DNA of 64,000 nucleotides from Octopus vulgaris (Eukaryota). The stretch covers positions 31,062,001 through 31,126,000 of the forward strand of contig OX597822.1 of the NCBI GenBank assembly GCA_951406725.2. The letters run 5' to 3'. Below are positions 41,780-57,174 of the stretch, in pieces (position 1 is the stretch's first letter; the number at the start of each line of letters is the position of its first letter). The position numbers and the translations under genes are program-made. The notes under the pieces are model-generated. The model was given only the letters and a program-made list of their open reading frames with translations, had not been told where the DNA came from and ran no database searches.

Positions 41780-43244
41780 TATATGCAGACTACCTAATAT
41801 TATTTAACTAGTTTATAAAGTCCTACCTGCTCTACCTTTATAATCACCTATCTACGTGAAACAAATATTCATAGATGCATTTATATTATTTTTGCATTAT
41901 GTGTTAGGAAACTGTAGCACATAGACAGTGGCTATTTACTAATGCACAGCGCTTAACAAATTTAAATTATTATCTCTTAATTGAAGATGCAGGCAACATA
42001 GAAGACTTGTTGATTATTTAGATATAATATCCCGTAACTTTTATTATTATTAATTTACAACTCGTCCGCTACAATCATATAGCGTTTGTACATATTTCAA
42101 AAACCCGGAAAAGAGCGAATCGAACAAGCTTCATTAATGGAAGTTAATAAGATCAAAACAGTCAGAAACTTTACAGTCACTTTTCGTTATGTCTTTATTC
42201 GTAATTAATTTCAATTAATATTTCTCTAGTTGCCACCCATTCATTTTCTTGTGAAAAAGCGATCACTAATGTAATAATGTTTACGTCTCTATTGACGAAA
42301 TATTTCTAATCTATAACATTACTATGTTGCGGCCTCCATATGCAACTGTGGAACCAAATCAATGGCATAATCTATTATGCACACATCATTTGCATTATTC
42401 ATAAGAAAATTGAATGATTACTATTTTATGCTAAGAAACCGAAAAAACAATCTGTTAAAGATAAATTTATATTATGTCATTCGTGAGACAGTGACTAATA
42501 CATAATTGATAATAAATATGGTGCATATATTACTTCAATTTCTGTTATGATTTTCAACCGATAGATAATACAAGCAATGTGAAGCATATATCTCATATGC
42601 CATCGGACGATCGAATGGCTAGATTAGATTACTCTAATATTTTTTTAGAACTCGCAAACCAGCGTTACTTGTCTCCTAGAACCCTGTTCAAATCTAGGCA
42701 TGTGGATTTCCCTGGGATATGAAAACAAGAATGGAACACACTGTATTAAAATTTAGTAAGTTTTCCCCAACGATATTGTAACGTTGCATAAAACTATTCA
42801 TGACAGATCATATCTTCGATTTCTTTCCATAGTTACAGTTTTTAGTGCTTAACTTAAATATTAAAATAAATCAAGGCAAAGAAGTTAGAAAAAGTGGCAT
42901 GCTTTATGAGAACGCGTATAATTCTTAAAGTCATCAATTTGTAGTAAAGCCTATCGATGAGTCAATGTTTGTCGAAAGATACAATTACAAATCAACTATT
43001 TAACCGTAAACTTCCTACTAAATAACAGTTTACAAAATAATCGCCAAAACTATCCCATTCTATTTATAAGGATACTAATTCTTATTCCTGAAAAGTTCCT
43101 GTTTCCCTACATTGAGAATGTTGGCGTTTAGTTACTTCGTTTTTCATACAGTACGCGCGTATGTCTATTTTGAGTAAATTTTGGTTCATTCTTATTAAAT
43201 TTAAATTTCACTGTCATTTTCACTGCCTATCTTAAATACATTGA

Positions 43245-43510
43245 AGATACGTGGTTAGAGCGTTGGGCTCACAATAATGAGATAGTGAGTTCGATTCCCG
43301 GATCGAACTGTGTTTTGTGTTATTGCGCGAGACACTTTATTTAACGCTGCTCCAGTTTACTTAGCTGTAGAAATGAGGTGTGACATCACTTGTGCCAAGT
43401 TGTATTGGCCTTTTCCTTTCCCTTGGGTAACATTGATGTTATGGAGGGAGGAGGCTGTAATGCATGGGCGTCTGCTGGTCTTCAATAAATAATTTTGTGC
43501 GGACTTGTGC
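43245..43510 (+). mobile_element. tRNA-derived SINE (further family)
   Basis: GTGGTTAGAGCG A box, GAGTTCGATTCC B box, GACACTTTATTT..CTCCAGTT.ACT.AGCTGTA body. Confidence 0.65.
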
Positions 43511-44409
43511 CTGACAAATGTTTCTTTTCTTTATTTTAGAACCAACTATTCTGTGGATAAATACCATTTCTCATAATTAATACGTAATATAATGAGAAGA
43601 ATCATTTAGTTATACGCCAATATCAAAACTACGTTGGCAATAACCACCTTTATCAATTGTTTGTGGTTATCTTTTAAATATGATACTGAGGGCATATGTT
43701 CGTTGCTGAGTAGATGAATGGTTGAGAAATTTTCGAAAGTGTTTTTAGAAACCAGAGAAATGTCGCTGAATAGGAATATTTATATGCGTTTAGGAATAAC
43801 TTTGCTTATATTTTATCACTCAGCTTCTATTCTTCAATAGTTTGGATAGACAGGATTTAGAGTAATAATTCAAAACATTTCAGTTGCTAATCAATAAACT
43901 GCAGGCGATATATAAACAAAAATACCCAATAATGAACCTTTAAATTTTGTTTGTAAATGTAACTCGTTCTATTCAAAACGTGTATGAAGACAGAAGCCCT
44001 GTTTCATGATGCTATCATTTATGATTATTGAAACATAATACTCCATATAATAACGAAACACGAAGCATGAAGAAAATTAGATGATAAGCAAATAAAGGCG
44101 GCTGCGCAGTATAGATATCAGTGTGGAAATGTGGTAAAACGCTTGTTCCCCAACCACATGTTGAGGATTAAGTCCTACTGCATGGCACATGGCCAAGTGT
44201 ATTCTACTAAAGCCTCGAGCTCACCAAAGGCTTGAGTAGATTTGGTAGGTGAAAATTTAGAGCCCATTGAATATATATATATATATATATTTAGATTCAT
44301 ATTTAATTAGATTGATATAAATATGGTACCTAAGTTTAGGCACCAGAATTTAGTACGGTATTATCCATACAATTTCAAAATAAGGTGATTAAAATCAAAA
44401 TAAGCACCA

Positions 44410-44775
44410 AGGATACCCAGAGGTAATGCTGTAGGATCATTTGAAGCAACTCCATTTAATTGAACATTACAATCATTACATAAATTTAAATACAGAGCAA
44501 TCCTCAGCTGCATAAAGACATAGAATTTAATTTAATTAAAACAGATTAGTATAATTTGAAGCTAAAGTGAAGGCAGCATGTTCTTTGTCTATCTCCTTAC
44601 CTTCTTGAAGATTTTAGGTAAACTTGTACTAATGTGTCCATCTGTTTCAATTTAATTAATGTATATGGCTTTATGCAGCTGAGGATTGCTCTGCATTTAA
44701 ATTTATGTAATTATTGCATTGTTCAATTAAATGAAGTTGCTTGAAAAGACCGTACTGCATTACCACTGGGCCATC
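44410..44775. repeat. Imperfect inverted repeat with arms of about 130 bp, each carrying a degenerate hammerhead
   Basis: 44410-44547 vs 44640-44775; plus arm reads ATGCAG-CTGAGGA...GAAA AGACC GTA-CTGCAT (44673-44760). Confidence 0.65.
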
Positions 44776-44789
44776 TTTGTTGCGAATCC

Positions 44790-45055
44790 AAACAAAGAAG
44801 AACAAACAAGTAAAAAACAATAACACGAATACGTGATACATGTACTGTTTTATCAGACGCTCAGTAAAGGAAAAAAAAAAGGATTTTATGTTTCGAGCAA
44901 AGCTCTTCTTCAGAACTAGGGGAAAGTCCAAACTAAGGGAAGACGTAGGAAGAAAATCGCTACCGATACACACGTGGTTACATTTTGAAATGACCGGAAG
45001 GGAATGGGCGAAGAAAAATTTCTTTCTAAGACAAGAGAGTTCAAGAGAAGGAGAT
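44790..45055 (-). mobile_element. Penelope-like terminal fragment with minimal hammerhead (44884-44916), inside split SINE A (about 44115-44270 / 45310-45500)
   Basis: Reverse complement GTT CTGAAGA A GAGC TTT GCTC GAAA CATA AAA. Confidence 0.55.
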
Positions 45056-45916
45056 ATGTGTGTGTATGTGCGAGCATGTGTGTGCGCGCAGGTCTGTTTA
45101 TGTATGTGCATATCTGTGTGTGTGTGTGTTTATGTGTGTGTATGTGAGTTTGTGCTTGTGTGCGTGTAGGTGAGTGTGAGCTTATGCCCATGTGTGCCAT
45201 TGAATATATATATATATATATATATGTACATACATACATATATGTGTGCATATATATATATATATATATATACATATATATGTGTGCGTGTGTATGTATC
45301 TTTGTGTGTGTGTCTTTGTCTGCCACTACCACTTGGCAACCAGTCTTGGCGTGTTCCAGTATCTTGGCGGCCCGTCAAAAGAACCCGACAGAATAAGTAC
45401 CAGGCCAAAATAAAATAACAAACAGTAGAGAGGACGATTCTGTTAACTAATAGTCGTGAAAACGGTGCCTCAGCATCGTCGCAGTCTAATGACTGACAGA
45501 TATCTCTTCAGAAGTTAATGCTCTAATTCTAGATATGCAAAAATATTGCTATGGCTACAAAGACAATAACAAATGATTCGTTGCTTTATATACCTACAGA
45601 GAAACACTTGCACAATATGTGCATGCATGACATAGTGAGAGAATAGGAAAGTGGGACAAATATAGATAGAGGGATGCATACAAATATAAAATTTATCAGT
45701 CAATTCACTATAAAATATACATACAATTAATGTTACGAGTACGCATATCTCAAGTGCCTTCATTCAGAAATCATCTCTCTATTTCTGCGTTCTTACATTA
45801 TAATTGCCTAGATTTTAGGATATTTCATTGTGATTATACATAATGGACTTACTTCTTAGAGTGGTACAATATAACAGTTTCAAAATAATGTTATATTATT
45901 GAATTAATGTTAAATG

Positions 45917-45979
<63 letters not shown>

Positions 45980-47296
45980 TCACATGTTTTTACAGTTTAC
46001 TTTTATGATATTTTTTTGTGTTAACACATTGTAACGGATTGTGGCTCTTAGGCTGACAGAATAAAATGCTTAAATAATATTGGTATATATTGCTTATATA
46101 GCACAGTCTATGTTTTCCTTTCGTTCCTTCTATATTTCTATTAAATTCCATTTTTCTTCTAAATCTCTCATTTTAAATAAATTATCCGGTAAATTTCATA
46201 ATCACTTCCTCATGACTGTAATTTAATTCATGAGTGCATCGCGTATAGAGTATATTGTGAAAGAACAAAATTAGCATCAGTTTTATTAGGCAGTCACTGA
46301 GCGACTTACTACTAGAATTATTACAGTTACTAATTTCTTTAACTGCATGTAATTATTTCTATGAGAACTAAAATGATATAATACATTTTAAAATGCTATA
46401 TTAAATCATTAGAATAGATATTTTTTGTCGTTATCGTATAATGTTTTTGATTCTAATATATTGGATCCGTTGCTATTATTTAATTCCACATTATATATAT
46501 AAAGATATACTGAAATTACTTGTGTTTCTAATAATTAGGTTTTGATAACCATTTAAAAATATTATTTTACACTACATAAGTAATTTAATGGTATTACGTT
46601 AAAGGAATATTACTGACGCCCGTATTCTAGTTCTTTCACTTAAAATTGATGTATGTTATTCTGATTAGGTTAGTTAAATGTGTATGAGTTACAGCGGATT
46701 ATATGTTACCCTTTAACGTTGATCTTATATTTGTGGAGCTTATTTGTCGTTTCCAAAAATATAATTCATAAAATTAGCCTTTATAGTCTTTTTACCTTTT
46801 TTTTTACATTTATTATCAAAATGATTCTACACCATTACTGAATTGAAAAGTACGATTGTTATGAATTGAATTTATAGAGGTTATGTGAAAAAAAGTCAAG
46901 TTGTTTCTAATTGCCATTTTCTGATAATGCATCGAATAAATAATTTAAATATGTTTACACCTGTACATGAAGCTAATATTGATATAACTATAGATTTCAT
47001 TATACTATTTCGTATCCTTTAAGTATATAATAGACTTTAAATTTTAAATAGCTATTTAGATATCATCATATTACTGATATACTAACAAATATTATTTTGT
47101 AAAATTGCACTTGATATTTTGCAATAGGTTTCCATCAAATGTTTTCAACTATTTAGCATTTTTATTGAATGGTGTTGCTTTCAAACTTTCGTATTTAATA
47201 TAAACGTCATCAAAAGTTAAAATATCAATGTTTAGTAATGATACGCTGCACTGTCCGAGACTCATGATTCGCCTGCAGATAAATCATTCACGTTAT

Positions 47297-47407
<111 letters not shown>

Positions 47408-47638
47408 TATGTGTGTGCATGTGTACGTGTGAGGGAGGGTGTATAGAAATCGATGTGTATATGTATGTGAGCGAATGTATATTTGATTCATATAAATTCC
47501 TTTATTTAGATTTGAATTAATATATAAACTAATGATTTACCAAAAATATATATCTGCATATGTGTATGAAATTGTATATGCATACATGTTGTAAATATGT
47601 ATGTATGTATATATATATATACATACATCCCTCCATTT

Positions 47639-47683
<45 letters not shown>

Positions 47684-48047
47684 TGTGTGTGTATTATGTA
47701 ACCAAATGGATTTTAGATTTAAATTTAGGAATTTACGAAATTTCAGTTAGATTATAATTTAAGATAAAGCTCTTTAAAAACGTTTTGTTTTTTCGAAAAG
47801 CGTTACCAGCTACAACAATTTTCAATTATTATTTATCGTACGATATCTAAGAAGATATGTCTGTCTGATGAAACCGCATTCTATTTATTATTCTTGAAAA
47901 ACCTGTCTTTATTAATGTTGTAGAAACACCTGTAATTTACTAGATGGGTCATTTGTTTGTATAAATTAATAAAATTGAATTTAATTTATCATTTAATGAT
48001 TAAATTATTTAAATGTCCAATTTATCATTTTGACTTCTATTTCTAAA

Positions 48048-48117
<70 letters not shown>

Positions 48118-48119
<2 letters not shown>

Positions 48120-48364
48120 TAGGATCGCGGTTTCGATTCCCAGACCGTTCTAGGAGCGAAAACACCTAAAAGCTCCATGAGACTCCCGCAGGGGGTGGTG
48201 GTTCCTGCTGTACTCTTTCATTACCCTTTCTCTCTTTCTTCTGTTGGCCTGCTCGCTTAGCCAGCGGGGTGGCGTCGTTCGAAGGCTAAAACAATGCGAA
48301 CGCATTATGACCAGCGATGTGTAGCAACATCTGAGGGTCTGGTCGGTCACGTGATCACGTGATC
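48118..48364 (+). mobile_element. SINE family C (5'-truncated)
   Basis: Co-linear with 51615-51910; CACGTGAT tail. Confidence 0.85.
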
Positions 48365-48413
<49 letters not shown>

Positions 48414-48654
48414 CACATACACGCATACACACGCATATATATTTAAATTTAGTTAGGGGTTAAATAACCACCTAAGGGACATTCAATATCCAAAGAATTT
48501 ACTGTTTTTTCCTCTATAAATAACATTATATATATATATATATATTATCAATAATAAAGGGTGAAATTAATTAATTTTGAAATAATCATTAATTTCACCA
48601 AGTAGAGTTCGGCATGTAAAAGCCCCATCCAAGGAAGATTTAAGTAATACTAAG

Positions 48655-48916
48655 TAATTAAGTGTTTAGCAACGATTTGCCTCACCACACACCGAATTTA
48701 GAAATAGAAGTCAAAAAGTTTTGGCTATTCTTTCTACTTAAAAGGGAGATCCCAGTAAAACCAAAGCACTTAAAAAGCAAACGACGCAGGCAAAAGAGAG
48801 AGAAATGACGAAAATCATTCTATATTAAGTCACCTAGAAAGAATAGCCAAAACGTTTTGACTGCTATTTCTAAATTCGGTGTGTGGTGAGGCAAATCGTT
48901 GCTAAACCCTTAATTA
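48655..48916. repeat. Inverted repeat with arms of about 82 bp in a (TA)n-flanked element
   Basis: 48655-48736 vs 48835-48916, few mismatches. Confidence 0.85.
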
Positions 48917-48973
<57 letters not shown>

Positions 48974-49504
48974 TATATATATATATGTATGTATGTATGT
49001 ATATATATCGACTAAAACTCATCTCCAGCCCGAGCATTCAAATAACTCGAACGTAATAGGACGTTGATTATTAACTAGGCAGGATATATGTGTGTTACAA
49101 TTTAATAACCTCAGGTTTTTATTCGCACTTTTACCAACATTGGTCGTTAAACCATGAATTGCATAGTGACATTCAGCCCATTGTAATTTCCAATGCTTGA
49201 AATATGAGATGAAATATGTAAATTAACTCGTTTAATAAACTCTTTTTATCCCATATGGTCGCCTTCAATCTTATTATCTGTATACTTGCTTGCAGTTTAC
49301 TAACTTCCGAAACAATGATCTTTGGATCGTAGTTTCCTATTACTACTCTCAATATACACACTATTCTTAAATGTCATTATTACTAATAGTTATTTCGAAT
49401 AATATTCTTGTTTATGAATAATAATATTGTACTCTACAAAAGTATAGAGAAACCCATCTGATTCATATAAATTGCTTTTATTTTATAACTGAACATAACA
49501 AACA

Positions 49505-50151
<647 letters not shown>

Positions 50152-50414
50152 TAAATCGATAGATAGACAGATTGACAGTTATAGATATATACATATATGT
50201 ACATATATATATAAACCTTTCACTACGTATGTTCGATTCTGTATGAGTGCGTGAGAGTGTGTATGTATGAGTGTGTATGAATGTGCGTGTGTATGTATGC
50301 ATATGTATATTTCGCAACTACGTAAAATGTGCTTCCAGATTCCATGCTTTCGAAAATATTATTTTAGGTTTCGCACTTGAGGCGAGCAGAGAGAGAGAGA
50401 GACACTCACGAACC

Positions 50415-50760
50415 TAACATTTTTCACCCAGCTGAATACTGAGAATATGACAACCGTAAACAGTAAATGCTGCATCAGCACTCTGCCAGAATATATTTTT
50501 TTGCAGAGTAAACTGGAGTAACATGAAATTACGTTCCTTGCTTGTGGGCATTACCTGCAACATCATCGGAGAGTCAAACCCCTGATCTTGTGATCGGGAA
50601 CTGGTATTTATATTTAATACCATTTCTTCAATGTGTTACCATTAGGTTAACTTATCCTTCAGATATAAAAGTAGTTGCCCAGTCACTGCCAGAATAAATT
50701 GTGTATATTTCCTCTTCAGAAAATTGCATACGTTTCAGAAAATGGTATTTGTGTATTGAC
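50415..50760 (-). pseudogene. Junction of two decayed CTL domains
   Basis: LFWQ*LGNYFYI*, then CPQARNVISCY-QFTLQKNIFWQSADAAFTVYGCHILSI (like CP.W..SCY..W..A...C...GGHL.SI). Confidence 0.55.
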
Positions 50761-51614
50761 TGTGATAAAATATTGTTTGGCTTTAGGTTATCGGCATAGC
50801 TTGACATTTGATCAGAAATATCATTAACCTTTTCATTGTATCACTACTTCTGGCAAAAGTTTTAGAATAATGTGTCATTGTGAAATCATTCCGGTTCATG
50901 GTATGAAAAAGATTGATTATTAAATGGAAGATCACATTCTAGGAAGTATATTTGAATTGCAAGCTTCATATAATAAGAATAAAAGATTTTAATACTTGAT
51001 AACGTATCACTAAATATTCATCTTTAAGAGGAAACGCCGCACACTCATATGCGCGCATTGATACATGTATACAAAAACACACACGGTCGTGAAAACACAC
51101 ATACACAGACACACACGCAAGTAATAGGAACCGCATATATATTTATTACATAAGGCACTTTTCTCTGAGTTTTAGTGGCTTTCACATTTCATTTCTCTAT
51201 GAGCGAGATTCCGAAACTAGTGAGAATAGGAATAGAGATAGAAGTACAGCATCAAAGAATACATGCAGCTGTTAAGTGGAAGGCTGACACATATTAGAAT
51301 TACAATGGTAATTGACAAAAAGAAAAAGCAAAAAATTTAAGAGACGTGAGAATGAATATATCCAGTAGTGGTCCGCTTTATGCTGGGAAAATAGAGAAAG
51401 GAAAATATATATTTCCTTCTGCATCTTAAAATAATTGTACTACTGAATAAATATTTTACTTTCTGATGTTTAGCAAGTTTTCTTCAGGATACATTACTAG
51501 AAGAGATGTATTTCTTTCTTTGTTTAGAATAACAATACTTCAATGAGAAGGGAAATAACCGATACATGAAAACAAAAGAGCATATGCTCAGTTTAAAGTT
51601 ATATATAATATATG

Positions 51615-51910
51615 TGTGGAGGTGCAATGGCCTAGTGGTTAGGGCAGCGGACTCGCGGTCGCAGGATCGCGGTTTCGATTCCCAGACCGGGCGTTGTGTG
51701 TGTTTATTGAGCGAAAACACCTAAAAGCTCCACGACGCTCCTGCAGGGGGTGGTGATCCCTGCTGTACTCTTTCATCACTCTTTCTTTTGTTGGCCTGCT
51801 CGCTTAGCCAGCGGGGTGGCGTCATTCGAAGGCTAAAACAATGCGAACGCATTGTGACCAGCGATGTGTAACAACATCTGATGGTCTGGTTGGTCACGTG
51901 ATCACGTGAT
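51615..51910 (+). mobile_element. Full SINE family C
   Basis: tRNA-like head GGAGGTGCAATGGCCTAGTGGTTAGGGC..GGTTTCGATTCCC; (CACGTGAT)2 tail. Confidence 0.9.
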
Positions 51911-51923
51911 AATATATGTAGTA

Positions 51924-52157
51924 TGGCGGTGAGCTGACAGAATCCTTAGCACGCCGAGCGAAATACGTAGCCGTATTTAGTCTGCCGTTACGTTCTGAGT
52001 TCAAATTCTGCCGAGGTTGACTTTGCCTTATTATACTTTCGGGGTCGGTAAAATAAGTACCAATTACGCACTGGTGTCGACGTAATCGACTTAATCCGTT
52101 TGTCTGTCCTTGTTTGTCCCCTCTATGTTTAGCCCCTTGTGGGTAATACAGAAACAA
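51924..52157 (+). mobile_element. Full SINE family B with 15-bp TSD
   Basis: TSD ATAATATATGTAGTA at 51909-51923 and 52158-52172. Confidence 0.9.
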
Positions 52158-52264
52158 ATAATATATGTAGTACTTAAAAATAAATTTTAGACCACATGAC
52201 TAAATATATTTATTTGGTTCAAAGGCAAAATATATGGTAATATTCCTTCAATAAATGTAACGTC

Positions 52265-52455
52265 GTGAGCTGGCAGAATCATTAGCATATCGCGCAAAGT
52301 GCTTTAGAGCATTTCATCCGTCTTTGCGTTCCTAATTTAAAATTCTGCCGAGGTCGACATTGCGTTTCGGGGTTGATAAAATAAGTAGCGGTTGAGCACT
52401 GGAGTCTTTGTATTGGACTTATCCCCTCTGGCCCTTTGACAAAATTTGAAACCGA
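52265..52455 (+). mobile_element. SINE family B (diverged)
   Basis: GTGAGCTGGCAGAATCATTAGC head plus core. Confidence 0.75.
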
Positions 52456-54304
52456 TATTTCTTCAATATTTTGATGAATATTTAGGGACCATGAACACAC
52501 GCATATATTTAATACGAACGCAACGCATACAAGGGCTGATATTTGAACATAAAACCTATGATAATATAAACACTAATTTGCAACTATAATGCATTATATG
52601 ATGCGCAGATAATAACATACTTGAAATCTAGAAGAACATAATAGAACATAACCAGATATAACTGAATTCTTAAATTGCTATAAACCAATTTCATTAAATC
52701 TGTAATTGTATCAGTTTACATAATCAATTCAAATTAATAGCCCCATTTGTAATTTATGGTTTATTCGAACTTAAACGGGCTGTAGTTACTTTTAATTATA
52801 TTATTAATACTCAAAATGAACTATTTAGCTACTAATTCAACCCTAGTATCCACTAATTTCATTCTGTCATAAGTGATTTTTTTCGACAGAGATTTAATAT
52901 AGTACATGATATGCAACCAAAAGTCTTTCACATTGTCACGACCATGTCAGATAATGGTTACCGATTGTTTTTTAAAATATAAGATGATTGTGTGACATTT
53001 CGATATCGATTTTATAATATACACGTTGTATTTTTCTCTGAAAGATTTTCTTTCAACCTTTGGAATTAAGAGACAAAACTTACCTTAAATATAACAACGC
53101 AATCTTCAAACACAAACATTTTAGATAATGTAGATCCAGAAGTATTAAAGAAATGAAAAAGATGGGATGGTCAGGGTTGGAATGTCTTTGCTCATATACC
53201 CTCTCGGTTTAGTAGGCGTATGATGAAAGACTTTCCAAATAACAGCAACAACAAGAGTCTATGTTCATCTTCATAAAAAAAAACTCACAGAAGTTAACAA
53301 GATGTATGCACGTTGCCTATCAGCATACGTAAAGTATTTTTTTTAGTAACGTCACTATATTTTGCAGAACTTGAGGTTTAAGGGCGGAGCTGGATTTAAA
53401 CACAACAAATTACTTCTAACCAGAGCGCATATATGTCTTGATATAGGTGTGGCTTTCCCTTTAATTTGACACGAGAATAACAAACCATGAAATGACAAAT
53501 TTACTATCATGATAGTTTCAAGAAAATGAAAAACTTTATAATTAATTAACTAAACATAATTCACTTTGGAGGAAAAGGCTTAATGATAAAATTTATACTA
53601 ATTGTGAGCCAAACCGGGCAACTACTAGGTACATGTTTTGGTCTTATTACACCACATCAGTGAAGAGTAACCTTCTCACCAAATTAGTTATAAGGAGTTT
53701 GCTTTTTTATATATAATAATATATAAATGTAGACATGCCTCATTATGAGAATGAATACAGGGAAATTCAACAGGGATGGCATGCGCGCCAGATAACAAAA
53801 AGAAACTAGCAGTCATATTAATTTTACAATGAGCATGTAATGAGAAAGTATCATATAATTCATATTCCTATTATTAGATTTGAAACGGCAGAGAAGTCTA
53901 TGCCGCTCTGCGTTGCTCTAATAATAATGAAGATTATTGAAAATGTCGCTAGTTTTTGCTAAAATAAAATTTTAATAATATTGCTTCATGAGCTGCTATT
54001 TTTGTGATGAGTAAAGCATACACAAACTACTCACCGTGTATGAAGCAGCTTCCGTAAATATTAACTGTATCTTCGAAACAATGCAGGGAATGTATGAAAG
54101 AAACACGCTAGTTTAAGGCAGCCACTATAAAATCTGTGACCTTATCGACATCATTGACACTAATAAGACCGGCAGTGTAAGACCGGCAGTGTAAAATCTC
54201 TTTTACACTCCATGGTATGTATTTATTTTGTTGCCTTTTATATGAGTATACATAAATATCTGCATGTATATATGTTAACTGATTCTATATGCTCTGCTGA
54301 GAAG

Positions 54305-54708
54305 TAAAGGAGTGGCTATGGGTTTGAGAATCTTGCTTCGCAGTCATCGGGTCTTCGGTTCAAGTTTTATTGTGAAGCACCTTGAGAAAGTGTCTTTTAC
54401 TCTAGGACCGGAACGACCAGGGTCGGTAATCGGAAACGGAAAGGATCCCATCATATAAATATGTCTATATCTATGTTTGTGTGTATGTGTGTGTGTGTTT
54501 GTTTTTGTGTTATATTCGTTCTCTCCACCGCTTGACAACAATTGTCTGTTTCCCTTTTCATAACTTGGCTGTTCGGCAAAAAGATATCCATAAAATTAAG
54601 TACGAGGTTAAATAGGAATACAAGCATGCATTTATTCGACTAAACTCCTCCAGGCGCTTCGCCAGCACGGCCGCGGTTGAAAGACTGAAACAAGCAAAAG
54701 ATAAAAGA
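54305..54708 (+). mobile_element. SINE family A (diverged)
   Basis: Co-linear with family A head, body and tail. Confidence 0.7.
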
Positions 54709-55142
54709 CGTACAGGAACAGTGGAATTGAGATGAACAATGGCTTTATGGATTTACTATTACACCCAGTTGTCTACAACTTGTGTCACCGAATAGTACCC
54801 ATATCTTTGACCTCCATACAAAAAGTAAACCATTTTTCATCATAACCCTACTCATTCTTTGTTGTCTCCTGATTCTTCACATTCTCAACTACTCACATTA
54901 TAATTCCCGGGAAAATTCCTTCTAGCACCATCTTCTGTCTGTCTCCTCCACATATTTTTGATGTGTCTCTGTCTGTACTTCTATTTTTATTTTTCTGCTC
55001 ACTTTCAAACGCGTTCTTGATATAATCTCGCATAATATTTTCACTTGTTCACGACAATTTGAACAAACTTGCTCCACCCCATCTAGACCAGTCCCTCACT
55101 CAGTACAACCCCTCCAATTTTTCTCTGGAACATTATTCATAC

Positions 55143-55256
55143 CAGACATACTGGAGTTTAAAAAATGTGTATCAGTTGTTGTGGCATGAGTCATTACACA
55201 GCTGAAAATCTCCTCACATGATATACTAATCAAGTGAGATTCGAAACTGAACATAT
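55143..55256 (-). pseudogene. Candidate 114-nt phase 1-1 exon of the CTL locus
   Basis: ttttcAG | open frame MFSFESHLISISCEEIFSCVMTHATTTDTHFLNSSMS | GTatga; C-x5-C resembles a CTL end. Confidence 0.35.
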
Positions 55257-56074
55257 CTGAAAATATATTTTGCTTTTTCAGGTTTTACAATTTCTTTCTT
55301 TGATATTATAGATATATAGTTCATTATCTTCTATGAAATCCCCAAATCTCCTGAGGGCGGTGATTTTCAAACGATTGCGAGACAGTAATGTGCTTTGTCT
55401 AGTTTCTGATTGTATGTTAATCTAACTAAGATTTATTTCAAGACAGTTTTGAGAAATGTTGTTTGCGATTTGATTAAATTTCAAATAAACGAACACGTGA
55501 ACTTGTTTAACGATAAAATCTGATAAGTTGTTTAGTTTGAAGTTAGAGAAGTTGCATCGAGTTACTATCAGAAAAATTCTGCTTTATTTTTACTTTTCAT
55601 TTTTTACCAATACCATTTCTGTTGCCATTAAATAATGTTACGTATTTATTTGTACCTGAAAAAAATTCAAGTTCTAGCAGTAAAATTCACCTCCAATTTG
55701 AGCCTGAACGTTAAAAAAAAATCCGTTAATAGCATTGAAACTAATCTTCGTATAAATTCCTTAATACCATCAAAACTTCAATACCATCGTTATATATAGT
55801 TGAATGTTATCAAGACTGTAGTATAATTTTGTTCCTATTTTTTGTAAGCTGTTTGCTGCTGTTTTCCAATATGTCTTCACATCAGTTACGATATAACATT
55901 GTAATTTGGTTACTTAACTGTATTTACTTATATTACCTTCCTATTTATGTAAATGCCGAGATATATAATAACATAAAAACGCAAGTGCAATGAAATTATT
56001 AACAAGATAGATATGCTTCTCTCAGATCTGTCTTCAAATCCAGAGAGAAATAAACCAAGGCGAAACATAATATT

Positions 56075-56490
56075 TTTTTCACAATTTGACACAAGGGCAG
56101 CAATTCCAGGGGAGTGAGGAAATCGATTCCATCGACTCCCACCGCTCAACTGGTACTCATTTTATCGACCCCGAGAGGATGAAAGTCAAAATCGACATTA
56201 GTGGAATTTGAACTCACAAAGAAAGGACAGAAGAAATGCTGCTAAACAATGGGCCCGGCGTGCTAACGGTTCTGCGATCTCGTCGTCTTTAGACAAAAGA
56301 GAATAACTGATTTCAAATTTTGGCACAAGACCGGCAATTTCAGGGAAGGAATAAGTTGATTGTATCGAACCCAGTACTCAAATGGAACATATTTTAAGGA
56401 CCCCGAAATAATGAAAGGCTAACCAACCACAGCAGAATTTGAGCCTCAGAACATATGGACGGACGAAGTGTCACTACTCATTTTTCCCGG
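56075..56490 (-). mobile_element. Two adjacent SINE family B copies
   Basis: Two cores GGTACTCATTTTATCGACCCC..GATGAAAG..GAATTTGA.CTC. Confidence 0.75.
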
Positions 56491-56780
56491 AGTGCTTAAT
56501 GGCCAATTTGTATATGTTTGTCGAACGCCGGCAAAATTGGAGCCAGGTATTTCCGGAATTATTGAAAGTGAGAATAATATTTGTCATCTTGCATTTCAGC
56601 AAAGTATACGTTGTTATAATATGTCTAGTTCTCACTCGTTAATCATACAAATTAAGCTTAAATTATCAATTAGACTATGAAATTAATCACCAATCTCTGT
56701 ATAAGATAAATGATGTGGTTGTTATTTTTTATATAAACCAGATAAAGAAACACACTAATACACACATGATTATATATATG

Positions 56781-56835
<55 letters not shown>

Positions 56836-57071
56836 GTGTGTGTATGTATATATATATATATATATATCTACATATATATATACATATATATATATACATT
56901 TGTATATATATATATATGTATATACATATATATATATATATATATATACATATATATATACATATATATTTATACATACATACATATATATGCATATATA
57001 TATATATACATACTTATAGATACGTACCTACATATAGATACATACATTCATATACATATATAAATGCATCC

Positions 57072-57102
<31 letters not shown>

Positions 57103-57174
57103 CACACATTATATATATACATATAAATATGTACATTTATATGTATATATACACATACACATATGTATATATAG

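Noticed and set aside
47860-47935. CTGATGA...GAAACACCTGTA hammerhead-like motif (also CTGATGA near 58571, and near 31692 on the minus strand)
   Set aside because: Stem I and/or the GAAA half cannot be formed
51615-51690. tRNA-like sequences (also 1893, 20042, 33535, 37040, 43245, 61500, 62503)
   Set aside because: SINE heads continuing into SINE bodies; no complete cloverleaf
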